NCBI GenBank assembly: GCA_049518795.1
Contig: JBEKRK010000002.1
Coordinates: forward strand, 564,146-628,145
Length of the DNA stretch: 64,000 nucleotides
Direction: 5' to 3'
Origin: Sedimentisphaerales bacterium
GTDB taxonomy: Bacteria; Planctomycetota; Phycisphaerae; Sedimentisphaerales; UBA12454
Part shown: positions 38,002-47,234 of the stretch, one piece after another
Numbering within the stretch: position 1 is the stretch's first letter
Layout: every line of letters starts with the position of its first letter
Notes under the pieces: model-generated
Databases searched by the model: none
What the model saw: only the letters and a program-made list of their open reading frames with translations
What the model was told of the DNA's origin: nothing
Program-made: the position numbers and the translations under genes

Positions 38002-39131
38002 TTTTGCTTTTTGATAATAATATGTCGAGTTTAAGCTGGTGCAAGGCTGAGGATGGACGTTTTCATTCGGATTCGTGCGAATTTTCTCTATCTTGCTGCG
38101 ATAGTATAATTAAAGATGTCGGCGGTTCGGGCAAAATCGAAGCTGTAGGTTATTTATTACGGCACAGCACAGAACTTTTTGAGGAACAAACCGTTTTACT
38201 CACGGGGCAATTGCTTGACAAGCTGCGGAACAATACCAGTTTCTTTCCTGAATACAGCGATATGACATTTAAGGTTATTGATTACTGGATAGAGAAAATG
38301 TCGAAGGCGGCGCACGTTTTAATTTCCGATACCACTTTCTTTAATAAACTGCCTGCACAAGCCGGTAATTATGCTGTTCCTTATGAACTTAGTAAAAAGG
38401 GAATAAGAAGATACGGTGGATACGGATTATTTCATTCCTGGGCGGTTGAAAATGTTTCAGCTTACGCAAAATTGCCGCTGTCAAAAATTATATCTGTTTA
38501 TATCGGAGACCGGACGAATGTCGCGGCTGTGAAAGATGGAATAGCCGTGGAAACAAGCACCGGTTTTACACCTGTGGAGGGGATTTTATCTTCAACCGGC
38601 TGCGGCGATATCGACCCTACGATTGTTTTTTATCTGCAGTCAATAGGAATGACTTTTGGCCAGATAACCCATCTGCTTTCCAGCCAAAGCGGTTTTACCG
38701 CACTTATGAATCCCGTTAGAAACAAGGCATCTATGATGCCTGACGGTTGCCAAAGGCAACCTGTTTCTAACGGGATGAATAAACAGGCAAGCCTGACGGA
38801 TGTTATAAACGCCGGCGCTGACGCTAAACAAGCTCTGGATATTTATCTGTATCAGGTTAAAAGATATATCGGCAGTTTTATTTCTGTGCTCGGCGGTGTT
38901 GATGCCGTTTTTTTCCTTGCGGAAAAACCTTTTCTTTATGGCACAATTATTTCACAAATCTGCCGGCAATTGGAATTTTTGGGTTTAAAATGTAACACAA
39001 TCACTGAAAACAGCGATTTTTTGCAGGATTTGACAGATAATGCTTCACTTATAAAGGTTTTCAGTTTAAGCTGTAACAAATGGGAAATTATGACTCATAA
39101 TATCAAACGATTGCTCGATAAGGAGAAATAG
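37998..39131 (+). CDS. acetate kinase paralog with degenerate active-site motifs
   Basis: Colinear with ackA (RRYGGYGLFHSW, ETSTGFTPVEGILSSTGCGDIDP), but the N-terminal and HNP motifs are replaced (FDNNMSSLSW, FFPEYSD). ATGA overlap with ackA. Confidence 0.7.
   Translation: MILLFDNNMSSLSWCKAEDGRFHSDSCEFSLSCCDSIIKDVGGSGKIEAVGYLLRHSTELFEEQTVLLTGQLLDKLRNNTSFFPEYSDMTFKVIDYWIEKMSKAAHVLISDTTFFNKLPAQAGNYAVPYELSKKGIRRYGGYGLFHSWAVENVSAYAKLPLSKIISVYIGDRTNVAAVKDGIAVETSTGFTPVEGILSSTGCGDIDPTIVFYLQSIGMTFGQITHLLSSQSGFTALMNPVRNKASMMPDGCQRQPVSNGMNKQASLTDVINAGADAKQALDIYLYQVKRYIGSFISVLGGVDAVFFLAEKPFLYGTIISQICRQLEFLGLKCNTITENSDFLQDLTDNASLIKVFSLSCNKWEIMTHNIKRLLDKEK
38710..38776. repeat. family-5 element with 15-nt terminal inverted repeats (ATCCCGTTAGAAACA / TGTTTCTAACGGGAT), intragenic
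   Basis: The arms enclose two inner palindromes (ggcat-ctatg-atgcc and ggttgcc-aaa-ggcaacc). Translated as NPVRNKASMMPDGCQRQPVSNGM. Confidence 0.75.
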
Positions 39132-39133
39132 CG

Positions 39134-39925
39134 ATGAATGACGAAAAAAGATTTCTTGTTGATGTAGGTATGAAGGATTTGCCTTTTCCGATAAGGGTGC
39201 TGTCCAGGGTCAACCCGGAAGGGCAGTTTACAATTGCCAATATTTCCGTCGATGCCCGGATAATGCAGCAGTTCGAGGCGAAATGGATTGACCAGTTCAT
39301 TATTATTCTTCATCAGCACCGCGACATAATAGGCACAAAGACAATTGCGACAAATGTCTGGGATTATCTGGAGAAATTAAAAGCAAATACCGCCCAGATA
39401 ACCTTCGATTACCCGTTTTTTGTTGAAAAACTTACGCCTGTATCGAAGGAAAAATGCCTTGTCAGATACTTGTGCAAATATATCGCCAAGGCTCATTCGA
39501 CAGAAAAAAAAGCGCGCGTCATATTCAGAATCGCGGTGCCGTGTATTACGACATATCCGGCGTCGCATCCGGAAATGCAAAAAAGTCTTTTCGGCCAGCT
39601 CAGTATTATAGATATTGAGGTTGATTCGAAAAAGGATGTTTATCCTGAATCTATAATCGATCTTGTGGATAAACACGCGCTGGTGCCGGTTTATTCTTTT
39701 CTGACCGAAAAAGACCAGGACTTTGTTATAGACAAGATACATTCACAAAGTAAAACCAGTGTTGTTGTGATTGACGAGATAAAGGACGAGCTTGCCCGCG
39801 ATAGCAATATTAACTGGTATGCGGTTCGCAGTTCTAATTTCGGAATGCTTCATTCCTATCAAACGGTAATCGGAACTGAAAAAAGTATGTGGGTGCCGTT
39901 CAGCGGTTACAGTGAAGACGTATAA
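39134..39925 (+). CDS. FolE2/MptA (GTP cyclohydrolase IB) family-like protein, possibly divergent
   Basis: VGMKDLPFPIRV and DYPFFVEKLTPVS resemble conserved FolE2 segments as I recall them. The expected Cys/His-rich metal-site motifs are not evident. Confidence 0.5.
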   Translation: MNDEKRFLVDVGMKDLPFPIRVLSRVNPEGQFTIANISVDARIMQQFEAKWIDQFIIILHQHRDIIGTKTIATNVWDYLEKLKANTAQITFDYPFFVEKLTPVSKEKCLVRYLCKYIAKAHSTEKKARVIFRIAVPCITTYPASHPEMQKSLFGQLSIIDIEVDSKKDVYPESIIDLVDKHALVPVYSFLTEKDQDFVIDKIHSQSKTSVVVIDEIKDELARDSNINWYAVRSSNFGMLHSYQTVIGTEKSMWVPFSGYSEDV

Positions 39926-41268
39926 TTCGGTAAATCGTTTTTAATTGTGTCGTAAACGATATCGAGTAATTTTTGCAGCAAGGGCAAATCAATCGCCACC
40001 GGCGGCATTAGAACGATACAATCCGACAAAGACCGCATCATTGCTTCTTTAGGTCTCATTGCTTCGCAGACCTTTGCGCCAATCAATTCCTCGTAAGCGA
40101 ATGATTCTTTAGATTTTTTATCTTTAACAATCTCAATACCTGCCATTAAGCCGCATTGACGGACATCGCCGACATAATCCAATACCGAGATTTTTTTGAG
40201 ATAATCGGCAATCAAATCTATTTTTGCAGGCAGCGATTCGATTATTTTGTTTTCCTCAAAAAGTTCGAGCGAAGCAATCGCTGCGGCACAGGCTAATGCG
40301 TTGCCGGTGTAGGTATGGCCGTGAAAAAATGTCTTAAATTCTTCAGGTTCACCTAAAAAAGCGTCAAAAATCTCCTGCGTCGTAAGTGTAGCCGCCAAAG
40401 GCAGATAGCCGCCGGTAATTCCTTTTGCAAGGCACATAATATCGGGCTGGACATCTTCATTTTCGCAGGCAAACATCCTGCCCGTTCTGCCGAAACCGGT
40501 TGCGACCTCATCGGCTATCAGAAAACAATCGTATTTTTTTGTAAGGTCTCTAACGCCTTTTAAAAAACCTTTCGGATGAACAATCATTCCTGCTGCACCC
40601 TGAACCAGCGGCTCGACGATTACCGCTGCGATTTTGTCCGAATGTTTCTTTAAAAGTTCCTCGATTTTATCGAGACTAAACTGTCTGCATTGCTCGGCAG
40701 AACCATTGAAACGATACGGGAAAGGAGAAGGGGCAAAAAAAGTGTCAAAAAGCATCGGCTTAAAAATCGAATGAAATATTTCCATTCCGCCGACGCTGAC
40801 TGAGCCGATTGTATCGCCGTGGTAAGATTGTCCCAATGCTATAAATTTATCTCTTTTTTGACCTTTATTATGATAATACTGGTAAGCGATTTTCAAAGCG
40901 ATTTCAACGCTTGTTGCGCCGCTGTCGGAATAAAAGACTTTTTTAAGATTTTTTGGCGCAATAGCGATAAGTTTCTCGGCAAGTTCGATAGATTTTGTCT
41001 GCGCGAGACCCAAAAGGGTGCTGTGGGCAATTTTTTCAAGCTGCTTTTTTATAGCGTCATCGATTTTTTTGACTCTGTGGCCGTGAACATTACACCAAAG
41101 ACTACTAACACCATCGATATAGCATCTGCCTTCGGTATCAATCAGGTAAAAGCCGTCGCCAGACTCAATAACAACCGGCTCAGAAGCCAGCCAGGCCTTC
41201 ATCTGTGTAAACGGGTGCCAGAGATATTCCTTATCAAAGTTGATTAACTTTTCAGTTCCGGAATTCAT
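39907..41268 (-). CDS. bioA: adenosylmethionine-8-amino-7-oxononanoate aminotransferase
   Basis: Class III aminotransferase motifs YHGDT, ADEVATGFGRTG, LAKGITGGYLP. Confidence 0.9.
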   Translation of the reverse strand: MNSGTEKLINFDKEYLWHPFTQMKAWLASEPVVIESGDGFYLIDTEGRCYIDGVSSLWCNVHGHRVKKIDDAIKKQLEKIAHSTLLGLAQTKSIELAEKLIAIAPKNLKKVFYSDSGATSVEIALKIAYQYYHNKGQKRDKFIALGQSYHGDTIGSVSVGGMEIFHSIFKPMLFDTFFAPSPFPYRFNGSAEQCRQFSLDKIEELLKKHSDKIAAVIVEPLVQGAAGMIVHPKGFLKGVRDLTKKYDCFLIADEVATGFGRTGRMFACENEDVQPDIMCLAKGITGGYLPLAATLTTQEIFDAFLGEPEEFKTFFHGHTYTGNALACAAAIASLELFEENKIIESLPAKIDLIADYLKKISVLDYVGDVRQCGLMAGIEIVKDKKSKESFAYEELIGAKVCEAMRPKEAMMRSLSDCIVLMPPVAIDLPLLQKLLDIVYDTIKNDLPNYTSSL

Positions 41269-41270
41269 TA

Positions 41271-41855
41271 TTATTTAATACGATGAAATTTGCTGGCGTC
41301 TTTGTCTCCAAAAAGTTCCGCTTTTTTATCGGCGCCGTACTTGAGTATAAACTTTTGCAGTTCTTTCGTTGGCGCTGTAAGGACAATGCGACCATTATCA
41401 TCTTCAAGGGTTTCGTGTTTTACGGCGTTCGGTTTGGATTTTAGCAGTTTGTCTGTCCCATCCGGACTCATAGAACAAAGTTTTAATATGTCTTTTGATA
41501 ATTCTATCTTCATAAAAGAATGTGTGGACAAAAGATGAGATTTATAGAAATCGTTTTCCATCATATTCGGTTCGCTGGGATAAATATCCAGATACGTAGT
41601 ATTTCCGAGTTTGCCGAGACCTGCGATAAATGTGCCTGATTTGTTGTCTTTGTCGATATAAATACATTCATAATATTTAGTTTTTGTCTGTTGGAACTCA
41701 AAGCGTTCATTGGGCTCAGCCGATGCCCAGGTGCCGATGAGATTTGCGTCGAAAATCAGGTCGTTTTCCGTGAAGAGCGGATGCAGGGAAGGCACGCAGC
41801 CGCCTAATATTGCAGCCAGCAGGTAAAACGCGGCGATTTTTAGCTTCGTTTTCAT
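41271..41855 (-). CDS. lipoprotein, function unknown
   Basis: Lipobox LAAILGGC after a signal peptide. The stop lies 3 nt from the bioA start. Confidence 0.7.
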   Translation of the reverse strand: MKTKLKIAAFYLLAAILGGCVPSLHPLFTENDLIFDANLIGTWASAEPNERFEFQQTKTKYYECIYIDKDNKSGTFIAGLGKLGNTTYLDIYPSEPNMMENDFYKSHLLSTHSFMKIELSKDILKLCSMSPDGTDKLLKSKPNAVKHETLEDDNGRIVLTAPTKELQKFILKYGADKKAELFGDKDASKFHRIK

Positions 41856-41914
41856 TTTATATCTCCTTAAAAATTGATTTGCAAAACGCGTTTAACAACG
41901 CAATTATTATAGTT

Positions 41915-42610
41915 ATGCAGCAGGCAAATGAAAAGGACAAATTTACTGCCGAGAGGCAGGCAATGGTTAGAATCCAGCTAAAAAGCAGGGATATCACAGA
42001 CCCTGCCGTTTTGCGGTCAATGGCTCAAATTCCGAGAGAAAAATTTATACCTGATGAATTTCTCGAACAAGCCTATTATGACGGCCCGTTGTCAATCGGC
42101 TGCGGCCAGACAATAAGCCAGCCTTATATTGTCGCTTTAATGACACAGGAATTGAAAGTTGATAAAGATTGTGATGTTCTCGAAATCGGAACAGGCAGCG
42201 GCTATCAGACCGCGATACTTGCCAAACTTGCCAAAGAAGTCTGGACAATCGAAAGAATAGGAAATCTTACATTAAAGGCGAGGCAGATTTTAGCTGAATT
42301 AAACATAACAAACGTGAAATTTCTCACAGGCGACGGCACAGTCGGCTGGCCTGAAAAAAAACAATCCGCCTTTGGCGAGACCTCGCCCCCGGGCGGGTTT
42401 GACAGGATAATAATTACAGCCGCGACTCCACAAATGCCCAAGCCGCTGATTGAGCAGTTGAAAACAGGCGGCCTGGCTGTTTTGCCGCAGGGAGCGGATT
42501 ACGTGCAGGAGCTTATTGTAATTGAAAAAACCGCAAGCGGCTTAAAATCTAAATTCGTTTGCGGATGCAGATTTGTTAAACTTATCGGAAAGTTCGGCTA
42601 CTCGGAATAA
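41915..42610 (+). CDS. pcm: protein-L-isoaspartate O-methyltransferase with repeat-derived insertion
   Basis: GQTISQPYIVALMTE, VLEIGTGSGYQTAILA, DRIIITAA. Start set at ATG 41915 (MQQANE); the track ORF begins at 41810. Confidence 0.9.
   Translation: MQQANEKDKFTAERQAMVRIQLKSRDITDPAVLRSMAQIPREKFIPDEFLEQAYYDGPLSIGCGQTISQPYIVALMTQELKVDKDCDVLEIGTGSGYQTAILAKLAKEVWTIERIGNLTLKARQILAELNITNVKFLTGDGTVGWPEKKQSAFGETSPPGGFDRIIITAATPQMPKPLIEQLKTGGLAVLPQGADYVQELIVIEKTASGLKSKFVCGCRFVKLIGKFGYSE
42366..42397. repeat. family-1 palindromic repeat, intragenic
   Basis: ccgcctttggcgagacctcgcccccgggcggg, translated as SAFGETSPPGG inside pcm. Confidence 0.85.
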
Positions 42611-42612
42611 AT

Positions 42613-44694
42613 ATGACAGAAAAACCGTTGGATAATGTCAGTCTTGATATGTCGGTGCAGTTTCTAAAAGGGGTAGGGCCGGCAAGGGTGACGACTTTTG
42701 AAAAACTGGGCATAAAAAGCGTTTTCGATTTGCTCGAATATTATCCGAGAGACTGGTTCTTTGCGCCGGAGCCTGTAAAAATCGAACAAATAAAGGAAAA
42801 CCAGACTGTTACTCTTGTGGGAACTGTCGAAAGCACAGATTTTCAATATTGGCGAAAACCATCATATTTTGAAGCTTATATAAACGATGATACTGGTTCG
42901 TGCAGGATTATCTGGTTTAACAGCAAATTCCTGCAGGGCAAAATTTTGCCAAGCCAAAACCTTATCGTTTGGGGAAAAATAGGCCAATATAAACATCAGC
43001 TTCAGCTTACTAATCCGAAATTTGTAATAGTCGAGGGCGATGAAATTACCGCTGACAGTTTCAGCGGGCCTGTATATCCGGCAACTGCCCAGCTTCCGGG
43101 CGGACAGATAAAAAGGATTTTCCGCAGCTCGCTTGATAAAATAGTCGAACTTGTGCCGGAGTTTTTTGACGCAGATTTTCTAAAGAAGTCAAACCTTATA
43201 GAACGCCAGAAAGCATATAAGTGGATTCACAGCCCTGAAGATGAATCGCAGGTTGATAAGGCAAAACGCAGATTGAAATATGATGAGCTGTTTTTAATGC
43301 AGGCCGCTCTGGCTCTGCGGCGGTATAAGGTAAAACATTTTGCAAAAGCAGTGCCGCTCAAATGCACCGAGCAGATTGATAAGAGAATAAGGAAACGATT
43401 TCCGTTTCTGCTCACGGAAGACCAGGACAAGGTAATCGGCGAAATTGCTGCGGATTTGGCAAAGCAAGTCCCGATGAACAGGCTGCTTCAGGGCGATGTC
43501 GGCAGCGGGAAAACAGTTGTCGCTTTATATGCCGCTCTTATCGCGGTGGCCAACAAACAGCAGGTCGCGATAATGGCTCCGACCGAAATTCTTGCCGGAC
43601 AGCATTTTATAAACATTGAACGGTATCTGAAAGGCAGCGATGTCCAAAGGGTTCTTATCACAGGCGGCATAAACGGCGAAAAAAGAAAAGAAATCCTCGA
43701 CGGTATTAAGTCCGGCGAAACCAATATTATTGTCGGAACAACCGCTCTTTTACAGGAGGATGTCCAATTTGCCAACTTGTCCCTTGTAATAATTGATGAG
43801 CAGCACAAATTTGGAGTTCATCAACGGGCGCAGTTAAGAAAGGATGCCGAGCCGCATTGTCTTGTTATGACGGCAACGCCCATACCGAGAACGCTTGCGA
43901 TGACGGTATTCGGCGATTTGGATATATCCGTTATAAAACATTCGCCGCCGGGCAGAGGACAGGTAATAACAAGATACATTCAGCCGAAAGATTTGCCAAA
44001 GGCTTATGATTTTATCCGCGAGAGATTAAAAGCAAAAAAACAAGTTTATTTTGTTTATCCGCGAATAGTTGATAGCGAGAACGGCGATGTGAAAGCAGCA
44101 ATCGCTGAATATGAGAATTTAAGCAAAAATATCTTCCCAGAATTTAACGTTGGTCTGCTGCACGGCCAAATGGCCGGCGACGATAAACAGAAAATAATGG
44201 ATGATTTTCGCAAGGGGAAGATTCACTGCCTTGTCTCGACAGTTCTTATTGAAGTTGGAATAGATGTTCCCAACGCGACAATAATGGTTATCGAAGGGGC
44301 CGACAGGTTCGGCCTTGCTCAATTGCATCAGCTTCGCGGCAGAATTGCCAGAAGTCAGTCAAAGGCTTATTGCCTGCTCGTTGCGCAGGCTGAAAGCGAA
44401 ACGGCAAAAAGCAGGCTCGAAATAATGACCCGCAGCAATGACGGCTTTGAAATCGCGGAGCACGACCTGAAAATTCGCGGCCCCGGCGAACTTTTAAGCT
44501 CGCGCCAGCACGGCCTGCCCGATTTGAAAATAGCCGATATTATCGATGATTTCGACCTGTTGACTCTTGCCAGAAAGGATGCTTTTGAGCTTGTAGAAAA
44601 AGACCCAATGCTCAAATCGGCTGAGCATAGAAACATAAGGGCAGAGCTTATGCGAAAGTTTGCCGACAGCCTTGGTCTGGTTGATGTGGGCTAA
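42613..44694 (+). CDS. recG: ATP-dependent DNA helicase RecG
   Basis: Wedge/OB N-terminus, GDVGSGKT, DEQHKFG, TATPIPRT, QLRGRIAR. Confidence 0.95.
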   Translation: MTEKPLDNVSLDMSVQFLKGVGPARVTTFEKLGIKSVFDLLEYYPRDWFFAPEPVKIEQIKENQTVTLVGTVESTDFQYWRKPSYFEAYINDDTGSCRIIWFNSKFLQGKILPSQNLIVWGKIGQYKHQLQLTNPKFVIVEGDEITADSFSGPVYPATAQLPGGQIKRIFRSSLDKIVELVPEFFDADFLKKSNLIERQKAYKWIHSPEDESQVDKAKRRLKYDELFLMQAALALRRYKVKHFAKAVPLKCTEQIDKRIRKRFPFLLTEDQDKVIGEIAADLAKQVPMNRLLQGDVGSGKTVVALYAALIAVANKQQVAIMAPTEILAGQHFINIERYLKGSDVQRVLITGGINGEKRKEILDGIKSGETNIIVGTTALLQEDVQFANLSLVIIDEQHKFGVHQRAQLRKDAEPHCLVMTATPIPRTLAMTVFGDLDISVIKHSPPGRGQVITRYIQPKDLPKAYDFIRERLKAKKQVYFVYPRIVDSENGDVKAAIAEYENLSKNIFPEFNVGLLHGQMAGDDKQKIMDDFRKGKIHCLVSTVLIEVGIDVPNATIMVIEGADRFGLAQLHQLRGRIARSQSKAYCLLVAQAESETAKSRLEIMTRSNDGFEIAEHDLKIRGPGELLSSRQHGLPDLKIADIIDDFDLLTLARKDAFELVEKDPMLKSAEHRNIRAELMRKFADSLGLVDVG

Positions 44695-44777
44695 ATTATC
44701 AAAAATTTTATATACAAGTCCTTTTTTGACAGTATGTTATGCAAAGAACATATATCAAGAAAAAATTATTTTTTTGT

Positions 44778-44806
44778 TTGCATATCCTACTGGTATAGGG
44801 TATAAT
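44778..44806 (+). promoter_or_regulatory. sigma-70-type promoter candidate (TTGCAT-N17-TATAAT)
   Basis: ttgcat at 44778-44783 and tataat at 44801-44806, about 160 nt upstream of ATG 44968. Confidence 0.45.
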
Positions 44807-44967
44807 GTTGTCCGTATATAAAAGCAGTTTGGAAGGATGAGGCAACGAAGAAGATGGTAGTGAGAGAGAAACGGATTTCAAGTTGTCCTTTCGTATCTTT
44901 GCACTTCTGATACATCCTTCCCTTTCAGCAAAAAAAATGTGATATTTTGGTTTTGGAGGAAGAGAAA

Positions 44968-45591
44968 ATGAAGAAGTTAATTGCAATTTGTGCGGCAGTA
45001 ATTTTTGTTATGGCGGTGTCCGCTGGCGCGGCAACCGTCAATTACACGGTGTCGGGCTGGGGGCCAACGCAGTTTCCCGGTCCTCTCACACCACCGGAAG
45101 ACGCTCCTTGGGGCCCTGACGGTTATCCGGGCGATACGGTAGAGCTTCAAACCTACAATGGCACCCTCGATCTCACGCCGGGCACCTACGTTCAGAAGAT
45201 CAACACGCTTCTCTGGACAGTAGATTACACCTATGGAGGTTCACCGGAACCTTGGCCTGATATGTTTCTCAACGACAGCCTAACTCGCAATATGACTTTA
45301 GGCGGGGTTCCTGGCGCCCTCGACCAAACTGTCAATCTCCTGGTCAATTACTGGTACGACTACCTCTCGCTTGATTCCGGGCCAACGACGACTTTCATCG
45401 TCCAAGGTTACCGAGTTGACGTTACGCCGCTTTTACTCCCAGAGAAGAAAATGAACAACTGGAGCGGCGACAATCCCTGGACTCAGTCTCCGCGAGACAT
45501 AATGGCGAGATTCGACGTTATTATTCCCGAACCGGCGACAATTTGCCTGCTTGGTCTTGGTATTTTAAGCTTATTGCGGAAAAATAAATAA
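44968..45591 (+). CDS. PEP-CTERM secreted protein
   Basis: SD ggaggaag. Signal peptide MKKLIAICAAVIFVMAVSAGA. C-terminus IPEPATICLLGLGILSLLRKNK. The track ORF begins at 44947. Confidence 0.85.
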   Translation: MKKLIAICAAVIFVMAVSAGAATVNYTVSGWGPTQFPGPLTPPEDAPWGPDGYPGDTVELQTYNGTLDLTPGTYVQKINTLLWTVDYTYGGSPEPWPDMFLNDSLTRNMTLGGVPGALDQTVNLLVNYWYDYLSLDSGPTTTFIVQGYRVDVTPLLLPEKKMNNWSGDNPWTQSPRDIMARFDVIIPEPATICLLGLGILSLLRKNK

Positions 45592-45627
45592 ATCAAATTT
45601 TGTTTTTGTTTAAGAAAGTGAGGAATA

Positions 45628-46347
45628 ATGAAGAAGTTAATTGTTGTTTGTGTAGCGATTCTGATGTTTTGCTGTACTGGTTTCGCAACAGCCGGTATAA
45701 CGACCGGCGTGTATGTCGATTCGATGCCGCTGAATTTTACTTCATTGTCGGAAACAAACCCGGCAGGAATGTGGTATCAAATTGAGCATTGGGCGGCAGC
45801 GGAAAAAGCGGCTATAATGGCCGGGACGTTTGTGGATATGGCGAACGGCACCTATCCAGGCACACACACCATCTCGATCGACGATGACGTTCTTACAGTT
45901 ACGGGTTCCGCCAGTGCATACGGAAAGGCGATTATGTGGTCCTTTCTTCTCAAGACCGATGAGGCTGTAAATATCCAGGTCAGAGAGGCGTGCACCTATA
46001 CTTTTGTTCAAGGCGGAACGACATCCATTTGGGATGATGTTGCAGGCGCCTGGTTGGCTGGAAGCAGCACTATGGCTTGGCAATCTATCTACAACGCTAA
46101 TCCTTATGGTGTAAATATACCATTGGCAGCAGGCGGCAATATTTATCAGGGGTGGTGGGAATATATGGATTCAACAAGTTCGTTGCTGCCTGATTTGACC
46201 GCTATCAATTATTACGTTGAGTATTCTACTAACCAGGGCGGCACATGGGTCCCCGGCGCATCAGGCTCAGTCAGCGTAATTCCGGAACCTGCGACGATTT
46301 GTCTGATTGGTCTTGGCGTATTAGGTTTACTGCGAAAAAAACAGTAA
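45628..46347 (+). CDS. PEP-CTERM secreted protein
   Basis: Signal peptide. C-terminus IPEPATICLIGLGVLGLLRKKQ. Confidence 0.85.
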   Translation: MKKLIVVCVAILMFCCTGFATAGITTGVYVDSMPLNFTSLSETNPAGMWYQIEHWAAAEKAAIMAGTFVDMANGTYPGTHTISIDDDVLTVTGSASAYGKAIMWSFLLKTDEAVNIQVREACTYTFVQGGTTSIWDDVAGAWLAGSSTMAWQSIYNANPYGVNIPLAAGGNIYQGWWEYMDSTSSLLPDLTAINYYVEYSTNQGGTWVPGASGSVSVIPEPATICLIGLGVLGLLRKKQ

Positions 46348-46383
46348 ACAGAAAAATACAAATATTTTTGGAAGGAGTAGAGA

Positions 46384-47142
46384 ATGAAAAAGTTTATAAC
46401 AATTTGTGCAATAGCAACCGCCTTAAGTTTTGGGGTGAATATGGTCTGTGCTACTGAATTGCCTTATACCACCCCGAGCATTAACGGCGACATTACCACA
46501 ATGCAGGGGTCGGGTGGAACTTTTTCCTGGACCGATAGTTCAAGTGCGGTGGGAAATTGGTCGGCAAAATTGGATTGGCCCGGAACGGGCGGATACGCCC
46601 AGGCGAGAGTCTTTCCCGCACCTGCCGGTGTTACTACCGTCAGCAGTGTTAATTCCTGGAGCTATTGGGCGAACGCACCCGAAGACTACATCCCCAACCT
46701 CAGTTTCGTATTGGACGATCCCGACATAAGCAACAACGGGCCCATCTATTCGGGAGCAGGATACGATACAGTGGTCACAATCTGGCCTGCCAATGACAGC
46801 CTCGGTAATACGTGGCTGAACTTCACAAGCAACCAGAGTCTTAGCTACATCATCTGGACCAACGCCTACAGTGGCGGCCCGGTTATGAAGACTATGACTT
46901 GGTCGGAGTTTAAGAACCCATGGTCTCAGTGGGGAAACAACTTTGATTTTTCGAATGCCGCCGTGCTCAGGATGAACATCGGCAAGGGGGTCATTGGAAC
47001 AAACCAGACGATAACCGCATATGCAGACGACTTCGTCCTGAATAGTTACACCTACACTTTTGAACCTCTTCCTGAACCGGCGACGATGGTTCTATTGGCA
47101 ATCGGAGCAATGGCACTTTTGAGAAAAAAACCCGCCTTTTAG
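46384..47142 (+). CDS. PEP-CTERM secreted protein
   Basis: Signal peptide. C-terminus LPEPATMVLLAIGAMALLRKKPAF. The last 3 codons and the stop lie inside a family-1 repeat. Confidence 0.85.
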   Translation: MKKFITICAIATALSFGVNMVCATELPYTTPSINGDITTMQGSGGTFSWTDSSSAVGNWSAKLDWPGTGGYAQARVFPAPAGVTTVSSVNSWSYWANAPEDYIPNLSFVLDDPDISNNGPIYSGAGYDTVVTIWPANDSLGNTWLNFTSNQSLSYIIWTNAYSGGPVMKTMTWSEFKNPWSQWGNNFDFSNAAVLRMNIGKGVIGTNQTITAYADDFVLNSYTYTFEPLPEPATMVLLAIGAMALLRKKPAF

Positions 47143-47175
47143 AACAGCTAAAAGGCGAGGTCTCGCTGAAGGCGG
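47131..47175. repeat. family-1 palindromic repeat (expanded copy) at a gene 3' end
   Basis: cccgccttttagaacagctaaaaggcgaggtctcgctgaaggcgg. Confidence 0.75.
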
Positions 47176-47202
47176 ATAAATAGACCGAAATACTTTTTAA
47201 TA

Positions 47203-47234
47203 AAAGGCTGTGAATTTTTTCACAGCCTTTTTTT
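47203..47234. terminator. bidirectional intrinsic terminator between convergent genes
   Basis: aaaaggctgtg-aatttttt-cacagcc-ttttttt: an A-tract and a T-tract flank a 7-bp GC-rich stem. Confidence 0.7.
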
